The notes: a model not told the origin generated them from the letters alone. Shown: positions 8,593-15,924, counted from the stretch's first letter. The stretch is 20,329 nt of DNA from Candidatus Nanohaloarchaea archaeon (GCA_047617745.1 JBLGBN010000016.1:1-20329), one strand, 5' to 3'. A program made the numbers and translations.

Positions 8593-9385
8593 GTTTTTGA
8601 ACCCGAGAAAGTATCTGGAGTTCACCCTCACAGGTTTCAGGACCTCGCTCGCCTACAGGCTGAACTCGGTGGCTTCACTTGCCAACTCGATAATCTTTCT
8701 CGTACTGATGTACGCTCTCTGGAGCGCTATCGCTGCCTCTGGAAGACTGGAAGGCGGACTGAATCAGGTGCTGACCTACATCGTTCTGGGACAGGTGATC
8801 TCGAGCTCTGTCTTCATGAATGTGGAAAAGCTTCTCAGCGGCAAGATACGGGAAGGAACAATAGTCAATGAATTGAAGAGACCGATGTCTCTCCGAGCAC
8901 AGGTGTACTTCCAGATGCTCGGTATAATGCTGTTCAACCTGCTTTTCGTGGGGATGCCGATGCTATTGATTGGATTTGTATTCCTCAATCTCAGCTTTCC
9001 CGGTATTTTCCAGACGCTGGTGTTCGCAATTAGCGTTTTGCTGGCGTACAACGTAGTTTACGGGCTTTCCTACGCCACCTCCATGATAATATTCTGGACG
9101 AAGGTGGGATGGAGCATCCGGATGATGCGTACAACGGTACAGAGCCTTTTTTCAGGGGTATATTTTCCTCTCTATCTGCTTCCTCCCACACTAGAAACTG
9201 CCTTCAACTATCTGCCGTTCCAGTCGATGGTGGACGCCCCGATCTCCATCTTCATGGGGAGAATATCCGGTCCTGAGACCCTAGCTGTTCTCGGGAAACA
9301 GACGGTATGGATCGTACTTCTGCTCATTATCGGTGAAATCATGTGGATAAAAGCCAGAAAGAAACTAACGGTGCAGGGAGGATAG
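8570..9385 (+). CDS. ABC-2-type exporter permease (COG4587-like); start may be TTG 8597
   Basis: About 6 TM helices, IREGTIVNELKRPMS, FSGVYFPLYLLP, LPFQSM, C-terminal LTVQGG. GGAGG precedes TTG 8597. Confidence 0.92.
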   Translation: MRDWRRNRFLNPRKYLEFTLTGFRTSLAYRLNSVASLANSIIFLVLMYALWSAIAASGRLEGGLNQVLTYIVLGQVISSSVFMNVEKLLSGKIREGTIVNELKRPMSLRAQVYFQMLGIMLFNLLFVGMPMLLIGFVFLNLSFPGIFQTLVFAISVLLAYNVVYGLSYATSMIIFWTKVGWSIRMMRTTVQSLFSGVYFPLYLLPPTLETAFNYLPFQSMVDAPISIFMGRISGPETLAVLGKQTVWIVLLLIIGEIMWIKARKKLTVQGG

Positions 9386-9388
9386 AAG

Positions 9389-10186
9389 ATGGACGTTATG
9401 AAACATCTGAAGATTTACTGGATGTACTTCTGGCAGTACTGGAAATCCCGGCTGGTCTACAGAACAGACTTCATACTTGGATTCACTGCGCAGGCGATCA
9501 GCCTGGCAACCTCTCTGGCGTTTCTCACACTGATATTCACACAGGTGGAAAACATCAACGGATGGACCTTCAACCAGATGCTTTTCCTCGCCGGACTGGG
9601 AGGCTTCATCATGAACCTTCACCACGTCTTTCTGTTCAACGTTTACCGGCTCGGAGAGGCCTTTGTAGTTAAAGGCAAGATGGACAGACTGCTGGTAAGA
9701 CCTTTAAACCCTCTCTTCCAGGTCTACGCCGACGATGTATCCGACAACAATTTATCCAAGCTGATAGTCAACGCCGCTCTGATACTTTACGCGTCCTCAC
9801 AGATGTCGCTGAAACTAGGCTTAACAGAGCTGGTCTACGGTTTCCTTGCCGTGGCTAGCGGCGTCATGGTGTTTGCTGGAATCTACCTCCTGTTTGCAAC
9901 CACTGCTTTCTGGACAGGTAAAAGCCGGTCGGCGATGTGGCTGGTATTCCAGCTCTCCGACTTCAGAAAGTACCCTTACGGAATCTACCAGGTACCGGTT
10001 CAGGTGCTCTTAATCACTCTTGTTCCTCTAGCCTTCGCATCCTTCTTCCCTGCCACGTTCTTCCTCGGAAAGGATGGGTGGCAGACATGGCAGATAGCTT
10101 CACTGGCAGTCGGACCGATATTCTACACTATAGCATACAGTTTCTGGAAATTCGGTCTTTCCCGGTACTCCAGCACCGGTAGCTAA
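9389..10186 (+). CDS. ABC-2-type exporter permease (COG3694/DUF990-like)
   Basis: YRTDF, INGWTFNQM, GKMDRLLVRPLNPL, KYPYGIY, C-terminal RYSSTGS. Confidence 0.92.
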   Translation: MDVMKHLKIYWMYFWQYWKSRLVYRTDFILGFTAQAISLATSLAFLTLIFTQVENINGWTFNQMLFLAGLGGFIMNLHHVFLFNVYRLGEAFVVKGKMDRLLVRPLNPLFQVYADDVSDNNLSKLIVNAALILYASSQMSLKLGLTELVYGFLAVASGVMVFAGIYLLFATTAFWTGKSRSAMWLVFQLSDFRKYPYGIYQVPVQVLLITLVPLAFASFFPATFFLGKDGWQTWQIASLAVGPIFYTIAYSFWKFGLSRYSSTGS

Positions 10187-10212
10187 TATATTTTAAACAA
10201 CAAAATAGAGAA

Positions 10213-10491
10213 GTGCGCCTAGAGGACATAGATTACATACTTTTCACAGACGAAGAGGAAAGAGCTGAGATCGCTCTGGAAAACTATCTTGATCAAAGAA
10301 GCAGGAAAAGTAATAATGCTTCGACAGACTATCGCTACTTCGTTCTAGGAGAAGACAGAATAACTATAGTGGAAGACATAAGAATAGGAGAAGAAATGAT
10401 CTACAACCGGATTGATTACACTGAAGAAAACATGAAAATAGAAAGAAACTTAGGAAACACAGAAGTTAAAGAACTACTCGGCTCTCGATAA
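10213..10491 (+). CDS. Hypothetical protein
   Basis: 92-aa acidic ORF with GTG start and an AT-rich TATA-like stretch just upstream. Confidence 0.55.
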   Translation: MRLEDIDYILFTDEEERAEIALENYLDQRSRKSNNASTDYRYFVLGEDRITIVEDIRIGEEMIYNRIDYTEENMKIERNLGNTEVKELLGSR

Positions 10492-10612
10492 AAAATCTCA
10501 ACCTGCTCAGCTGCAAATAATATATACCCTCAACCAAAAGGGTATCTTGTAAGGTTCCAGAAACATTATTTTCGTTAAGAACCAGAAAAAACATTAATAC
10601 GAGGAAGAACTG

Positions 10613-11443
10613 ATGGCACTAGTTCCTATAAAACCAGAACCAGGTAGCAACGCAGATTTCTACGGCAGCGGCAGCGATGGCGATCTTACCTGGAGCAGCA
10701 ACCAGGACAAAAGCGGGTTGTTCCAACCCCAGAACCTTACTATAACCAGTGGAACATCTATCAACGTCCCTAACAGCGGTAAAGCTCTAGTTATATTCGC
10801 TCAAGAAAAAATAAGTATAGAAAGCAATGCCTCAATAAATGCCGCCGGAGTCGGGGCCAGTGGAGGAGCAGGAGGTTTCGGAGGCAACACCTATGACGGT
10901 TCATCTGGAGACCCTGGTGGCGACGGAGAATTAAACGGGCCTGGAGGAAGCAACGGGGGAAGCGGATCGATATCAGCCCCTACCGGGCTGGAAATTGTAA
11001 AACTGCTTGGATTATCCATAGAAATAGCTCAAAACAGCCTCCCTGCAGGCGCCGGAGGAGGTGGAGGAAGCGGCGGAGTAAACACCGATCAATACTCTGC
11101 AGGTCATGGCGACGGTGGTGACGGTGGTGACGGAGGCGGCCTAGTACTTTTGGTCGCTCCCACAGTAGAGGTAGCTGGGACAGCCCAGATCGATGTATCA
11201 GGTGCTGATGGACAAGATGGACAGGATGGTTCCAGTGGCGCGAATCTCTCTCCAGGTGGAGATGGGGGTGGCGGTGGAGCAGGTGGTGTTTTCGGGGCCG
11301 TAGGAAGCAGCATAACTATAAGCGGCTCTATAAATACTTCAGGTGGTGCTGGTGGAGAGGGCGGAACGGGCTATAACGGCGGTGATGATGGATTCTCAGG
11401 AGGAAGTGGAGCTGAAGGGATTAAATCGATAAATACAATATAA
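10613..11443 (+). CDS. Glycine-rich (polyglycine-II/beta-strand) adhesin-like protein resembling viral tail tip proteins
   Basis: N-terminal FYGSGSDGDLT...NLTITSG; hydrophobic strands (LVIFAQEKISI, LVLLVAPTVEV, VFGAVGSSITISGSI) alternate with GGxGGxGG and GAGGGGGSGG runs; no signal peptide or TM helix. Confidence 0.75.
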   Translation: MALVPIKPEPGSNADFYGSGSDGDLTWSSNQDKSGLFQPQNLTITSGTSINVPNSGKALVIFAQEKISIESNASINAAGVGASGGAGGFGGNTYDGSSGDPGGDGELNGPGGSNGGSGSISAPTGLEIVKLLGLSIEIAQNSLPAGAGGGGGSGGVNTDQYSAGHGDGGDGGDGGGLVLLVAPTVEVAGTAQIDVSGADGQDGQDGSSGANLSPGGDGGGGGAGGVFGAVGSSITISGSINTSGGAGGEGGTGYNGGDDGFSGGSGAEGIKSINTI

Positions 11444-11492
11444 GTTCTCCAGAAATAGAAGATTTAAAATAAAATAAGAAAGGTAAAAGAAC

Positions 11493-12026
11493 CTACTTGA
11501 AGCTCTCTTCGTAGAGTTCTTGAGACCGCTCGATTGCTTCGTGTGCTTCTTCTTTTCCGCCCCAGCCCTCGATCTCGACTTCCTTCTTCGGCTCGAGGTT
11601 CTTGTAGGTCGCGAAGAACTCTGCGATCTCCTTCTTCCGGTGCTCGTTGACATCATCCAGGTCTTCCACGTCGTTCCATCTCGGATCTTCTGTTGGAACT
11701 GCGATAATGTTATCGTCCTGCTCCCCGCCGTCGTCCATGTAGAGGATTCCGACAGGTCGTACCTCGATCACACAACCAGGGAATGTGGAGTGCGTTGTGA
11801 GGACCAGGATGTCCATAGGGTCGCCGTCCTCGTAATAAGCTCTAGGGATGAATCCATAGTCTCCCGGATAGTTGATTGAAGCGTAGAGAACTCTATCCAG
11901 AACAACTGATTCCTTGTCCTTGTCGTACTCGTACTTGTTCTGGGTTCCGGTCGGGTTTTCAATTACAGCGTAGATTTCTTCCGGAGCGTCTGGTCCGGTC
12001 TCGTAGTCATGCCACTTGTTTACCAT
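11493..12026 (-). CDS. ppa: Inorganic pyrophosphatase, family I
   Basis: NKYEYDK, LDRVL, YPGDYGFIP, EDGDPMDILV, FFATYKNLE; start set at ATG 12026. Confidence 0.97.
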   Translation of the reverse strand: MVNKWHDYETGPDAPEEIYAVIENPTGTQNKYEYDKDKESVVLDRVLYASINYPGDYGFIPRAYYEDGDPMDILVLTTHSTFPGCVIEVRPVGILYMDDGGEQDDNIIAVPTEDPRWNDVEDLDDVNEHRKKEIAEFFATYKNLEPKKEVEIEGWGGKEEAHEAIERSQELYEESFK

Positions 12027-12075
12027 GATTATCAAGAAAAGAAGATTAGAGGAGATTTAAAACTGCTTCGAACCT

Positions 12076-12228
12076 TTACTTCCGGTTCAAATTGTTGGCT
12101 GCGAGTCTAACCATAGAGATATCCTTGACTTCTCCGCAGTCACTGCAGACTACCTTTACCCAGTCTACCTCTGGTTTTTCAACTGAATCGACATTCAAGT
12201 CCCGGCCACAGTTTTCGCATTCAACCAT
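12076..12228 (-). CDS. 50-aa Zn-ribbon microprotein (two CxxCG motifs)
   Basis: Below the ORF-track cutoff; hand translation MVECENCGRDLNVDSVEKPEVDWVKVVCSDCGEVKDISMVRLAANNLNRK*. It fills the gap upstream of ppa on the same strand. Confidence 0.85.
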   Translation of the reverse strand: MVECENCGRDLNVDSVEKPEVDWVKVVCSDCGEVKDISMVRLAANNLNRK

Positions 12229-12359
12229 CGGATCAAATCCTCTACTCTAAAATAGTCAGCCGAATTATTTAAGCCTAACTCCAGAAAACCGATTTATCGA
12301 GTCATCCATTGAAAGCCGCCCTGTGCGGCTTCAGATGATCGAACTCTCTAGAAGAGTTC

Positions 12360-12433
12360 GGGTTCGTGGTCTAGTTGGTTATGACACCGCCTTGACATGG
12401 CGGAGATCCCCGGTTCGAATCCGGGCGAACCCA
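12360..12433 (+). tRNA. tRNA-Val(GAC), no intron, CCA not encoded
   Basis: Acceptor GGGTTCG/CGAACCC + A73, anticodon arm CCGCC-TTGACAT-GGCGG, T arm CCCGG-TTCGAAT-CCGGG. Confidence 0.97.
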
Positions 12434-12457
12434 TTTTAGCAAAAATAGAGAAGGCGT

Positions 12458-12964
12458 TTAAGTAACTCTCTCCCATTCTATTTCTATCTCATAACTTGGC
12501 TCACCAAGTTCTACATCTTCTATCTCTGCACGCCCTATACCTCTTCCAGGGAGCCTATCGCGCACTTTTATGCTGGATTCGCCGATCCTGTTGCCCTGGA
12601 CTTCGTAGGTAACTTCTTCTATATCTCCTACTTCTATCGACATTTCGGCCTGACCTTCCTTAGTTTCCGTCTCTTGGATAAGGTATTCGTTCTGCGGATC
12701 TATTCCATCCACCCAGCTATCATAGAGGTCCAGAATTTCGTCTCTTCCTTCCGCCATTGGTTCTCCGTTAAGAGTTGCTCTGGCATTCTTTGGAAGATCC
12801 TCAAGATAACCTCTGATCTCTCCTACATTTGGAGCGAAGTACTGATCAGCCACATCATCAAAGTTGTCATCGTGTCCTACAACAGAGTCTACTGTGTCCG
12901 GACCGAAATCATATTTTTCCTCACTCGAACCAAGTATTTTTGATACTAAATTCATTTTCATCAC
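12458..12964 (-). CDS. Hypothetical acidic protein (start could be 12964, 12961 or 12955)
   Basis: Long acidic ORF convergent on tRNA-Val; TATA-like stretch near 12993-13000. Confidence 0.7.
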   Translation of the reverse strand: MMKMNLVSKILGSSEEKYDFGPDTVDSVVGHDDNFDDVADQYFAPNVGEIRGYLEDLPKNARATLNGEPMAEGRDEILDLYDSWVDGIDPQNEYLIQETETKEGQAEMSIEVGDIEEVTYEVQGNRIGESSIKVRDRLPGRGIGRAEIEDVELGEPSYEIEIEWERVT

Positions 12965-13051
12965 CCTATGTCACTCAATGGTAACAATTAATCTTATATA
13001 CTTTCTGGAAGACGGGCGAATAATTAATAGCGCTCTTCAACCTAATTATTT

Positions 13052-13816
13052 ATGGCCAAGAAATACCGTCTGGGAGGCGGCCTTCAGATAGTTGAAAACG
13101 GATACTTTATCGGACCGGTGAGGGATCCTGATGCGCCGAGGAAGCCCTGCTGTCTTGATATATCCGCTGGTTTGATGGAGCCGGATGAAGGAATGAAAGC
13201 CACCCAGGTCCGGGAAGGAGCTGAAGAGGTAGTCAGGGTTAGAGATGGCGAAGTATTTCTCCCGAATCTAGTGCAAAATGCAGAAGTTGTAGAGCAGGTA
13301 ACTTCAACAATCGCGGAAGCGATTGAAGATCCAGAGAGTCCTTTTGAACACAGATTCAACCTCAATTTCTACAGCTCCGAGGCAAGAACACCTACAAACA
13401 CTCCAGAAGTCTGGATACAGGGCCATTCACTCCACGACTGGGAGACAGGCGTCGCTATCGAAGATGATAACTCGCCCTCCTATGAAATGGTTAATTATAT
13501 AGTTGAAAATCCTCCTGAAGATGTTAAACCGGTTGACGCTGAAGTGGTAGAGGTTGACGGAGAAGTAAACTGGCTGGATAGATTTGTCTACAGATTCCAT
13601 CCTACCACCGGAGAAGCAGAACTGTACAAATCCGGAGAAAAAGCCTTCGAAGGAAGTTTCCCAGAAATGATTGAATTTCTGGAAGAAGAATTTGGAGAGT
13701 CAGTAGGCTCAACTGTGAAGGTTAAAGCTGCTCTGAAAGGTTTACCTCCCGAAGAGCAAAAGCTCTACGAAGATGACCTTCACGACGACATCAGACAGTT
13801 TTTCAATCTGAAGTAG
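13052..13816 (+). CDS. Divergent Nudix-family hydrolase
   Basis: G-LMEPD-E-GMKATQV-RE-GA-EE-V fits the Nudix box spacing GX5EX7REXXEE; preceded by VRDPDAPRKP. Confidence 0.75.
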   Translation: MAKKYRLGGGLQIVENGYFIGPVRDPDAPRKPCCLDISAGLMEPDEGMKATQVREGAEEVVRVRDGEVFLPNLVQNAEVVEQVTSTIAEAIEDPESPFEHRFNLNFYSSEARTPTNTPEVWIQGHSLHDWETGVAIEDDNSPSYEMVNYIVENPPEDVKPVDAEVVEVDGEVNWLDRFVYRFHPTTGEAELYKSGEKAFEGSFPEMIEFLEEEFGESVGSTVKVKAALKGLPPEEQKLYEDDLHDDIRQFFNLK

Positions 13817-13860
13817 TTCGGGAACCCAATAAAAAACTTCACTTCTTCAATAAACATACA

Positions 13861-14014
13861 GGGAAGGTAGCTCAGTCGGATAGAGCGCTGCGCTCATACA
13901 ACAGGTATGAGCAATGAGAGGTCGATCAGACCTCGATGATTAAATAAAATATCTTACTCGTCAGAGTTTGTTTGGGTTACGCAGAGGTCCCGGGTTCGAT
14001 CCCCGGCCTTCCCA
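13861..14014 (+). tRNA. tRNA(CAU), probably elongator Met, with an 80-nt intron at 37/38 (13899-13978)
   Basis: Acceptor GGGAAGG/CCTTCCC + A, D arm GCTC/GAGC, anticodon stem CTGCG/CGCAG with loop CTCATA^A, T arm CCGGG-TTCGATC-CCCGG. Canonical BHB: central helix CUCA/UGGG, bulges UA^C and UU^A, flanked by AACAGG/UUUGUU. Confidence 0.95.
13899..13978 (+). ncRNA. tRNA intron containing a C'/D' K-turn methylation-guide module
   Basis: Guide GTATGAGC (13905-13912) is complementary to GCTCATAC (13892-13899); D'-like ATGA 13914-13917; stem GAGGTC/GACCTC; C'-like ATGATTA 13936-13942. Confidence 0.75.
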
Positions 14015-14087
14015 TCTGACCTCTCAAAAAGGTCAGCATGGTCGAGAAACCATTCAGTTCGAATGGTTTAGTTCCCATTTGCGGCCT

Positions 14088-15773
14088 TTACTTGTGTGCG
14101 AAGTAAAACCTCCTTTCTTCAGCATTTTCACACCGGGCGAAACCAAACCTTTCAAACTGCAGGATTTGATCTCTTTCAAACTCTGAGCTTTCGACTCTGC
14201 CTTCAATCTTCGAACCATCAGGCATGTAAACTGTTCCTTCTTTAGAATCAGTCGGAAGCCAGTGGATTATATCGGCGTCCTCTTCAATCGCGGTTCGATG
14301 ATCTCCCTCAGCATAGTTAGCCTCTCTGTTCTCTTTATCAAGTTCAATATTGCAGAGCCCTTTCAGTCTGAGGAAACCGTCCTGGAGATCCTGCTCCTCG
14401 ATCAGAACTGTTAGTTCTCCACTATCTGGCTCAAATTCCACATTTCTGGTACCTCTATCCGGATGATCCGGGTGCAGCGCCAGATCAGTTTCGATTCCTT
14501 CTGGAAGATTTTTCACGGTTATTTCCACAGGATTCCTGACGAAGAAGTACCTGTTCGCGTCATCGTCGATCAAATCTGTATTCTCCGACTCAAGTGTTTC
14601 AATTGAGGCTTCTACATTGCTTTCGCTGACCCCCATGTCGATAAAGAAGTTCTGTATCGCCTCTGGCTGGAAACCTCTCTTCCTCAACGCTCTCAGGGTT
14701 GGAGCCCGAGGATCGTCCCAGCCGTCGAGTTCACCTTTCTCTATCATTTCCTTCAGTGAGGAGCCTGAGACAGGCGCGTTGAAGCCTGATATCTGGACAT
14801 CCCCCCAGTAGCGTACGTCCGGGTACTCCCAGTCGAAGTAGTCGTAGATGTATTTCTGTCTTTTTGTGGAGGCTCTAAGGTCCTTTCCACGGACAATATG
14901 TGTAGTTTCCATTTCGTGATCTTCGATCGCTCCCTGGAAGTCAAGCATCGACCAGACACGGTACTCGTCACCAGTGATCGGGTGATCCGGATTATCGATT
15001 ATCCTGAAAGCCACGAAATCTCTGATAGCTGGATTTTTGTGGTCTATATCTGTTTTGACCTTAAGGGTAGCTTCTCCCTCCTCAATTCCGCCGTTCTTCA
15101 TTTCTTTCCAGTCCTGCATGTTTTCCTCAGCGGATTTATCTCTGTGTGGGCATGGCTCTCCCTCAGATCGGTACTCGCTTCCCTCTTCCTGTGAGCAGAA
15201 ACAAACGTAGGCTTTCTCTCTTTCAATTAAATCTTCAGCATATTCTATGTAGGTGTCGAAGTTTTTGGAGCAGTAACGTACCTCGTCCGGTTTGTATCCC
15301 AGCCATTCGTAGTCTTCCGGATACATTTCATATGCGTCGTATTCCTCTGTTTTCAGCGGTCTCTTTGTTCTTGGATCGGTGTCGTCGAACCTGAGAATTA
15401 ATTTTCCGTCGTACTTGTCCCGGAGCTCTCCATTGATCACCATGCCTCTGGCGTGTCCTATGTGAGGCGGTCCGTTCGGGTTAGGAGCGAATCTCACGAC
15501 GACTTCTTCGTCTTCATCGACATCCAGATCCGGTATAGGGTCATGCTCGTGTTCCTCCTGCTCAAACTCGTACTTCTCCAGGGCTTCTTTCTGTTCTTCC
15601 AGGCTCATCTGGTTCACTTCCCCACATATCTTACCGGCAACTTGCTGGACTTCCTCAGGTTCCTCCCCCGTCTCGTTGATCAGTTTTCCTATAACGGCTC
15701 CTGGGTTGCATTCTCCGCCGTACTCGACAGCATTTTTCAGTGCATACTTTCTGGCAGTTTCCTCTATATCCAT
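14088..15773 (-). CDS. gltX: Glutamate--tRNA ligase, archaeal type
   Basis: ALKNAVEYGG N-terminus, RFAPNPNGPPHIGH, RFDDTDP, THIVRGKD, GWDDPRAPT, QFERFGF. Confidence 0.98.
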   Translation of the reverse strand: MDIEETARKYALKNAVEYGGECNPGAVIGKLINETGEEPEEVQQVAGKICGEVNQMSLEEQKEALEKYEFEQEEHEHDPIPDLDVDEDEEVVVRFAPNPNGPPHIGHARGMVINGELRDKYDGKLILRFDDTDPRTKRPLKTEEYDAYEMYPEDYEWLGYKPDEVRYCSKNFDTYIEYAEDLIEREKAYVCFCSQEEGSEYRSEGEPCPHRDKSAEENMQDWKEMKNGGIEEGEATLKVKTDIDHKNPAIRDFVAFRIIDNPDHPITGDEYRVWSMLDFQGAIEDHEMETTHIVRGKDLRASTKRQKYIYDYFDWEYPDVRYWGDVQISGFNAPVSGSSLKEMIEKGELDGWDDPRAPTLRALRKRGFQPEAIQNFFIDMGVSESNVEASIETLESENTDLIDDDANRYFFVRNPVEITVKNLPEGIETDLALHPDHPDRGTRNVEFEPDSGELTVLIEEQDLQDGFLRLKGLCNIELDKENREANYAEGDHRTAIEEDADIIHWLPTDSKEGTVYMPDGSKIEGRVESSEFERDQILQFERFGFARCENAEERRFYFAHK

Positions 15774-15795
15774 AACACTGGATTTTTAGAAAATG

Positions 15796-15801
15796 TTTAA
15801 A
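15796..15801. promoter_or_regulatory. Palindromic TTTAAA, putative shared TATA box for divergent gltX and the 15823 ORF
   Basis: Lies 22 nt from the gltX ATG (15773) and 21 nt from GTG 15823, in a 49-nt gap. Confidence 0.5.
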
Positions 15802-15822
15802 CTACCTCGGGTAAACTCATCC

Positions 15823-15924
15823 GTGGTACTGATACCTCTCCCGCTTCCGATCGGTTTCAGGGAAGCAGTACTGCTCTCCGCTATCTCGATCATAGTTTAC
15901 CTGCTCAGGAGGAGAATGAAATGA
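15823..15924 (+). CDS. 33-aa single-pass membrane peptide
   Basis: Hand translation from GTG: MVLIPLPLPIGFREAVLLSAISIIVYLLRRRMK*. Hydrophobic helix with a basic tail; TGA overlaps the next ATG (ATGA). An in-frame ATG at 15793 is an alternative start. Confidence 0.6.
   Translation: MVLIPLPLPIGFREAVLLSAISIIVYLLRRRMK

Noticed and set aside
10613..11443. Collagen-like or PE-PGRS call for the Gly-rich protein; short 9-bp repeats near 11111-11137
   Set aside because: No sustained Gly-X-Y register and no PE domain; the DNA repeats simply encode GGD/DGQ units.
12297..12342. Hammerhead ribozyme or C/D box sRNA in the tRNA-Val leader
   Set aside because: No CUGANGA/GAAA core or properly arranged C and D boxes on either strand.
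12458..12964. NTF2/SnoaL-like assignment from EGRDEILDLYDSW
   Set aside because: Single short resemblance; the rest of the sequence does not support it by eye.
13968..14186. 72-aa ORF on + strand
   Set aside because: Overlaps the tRNA 3' exon and the end of gltX on the opposite strand.
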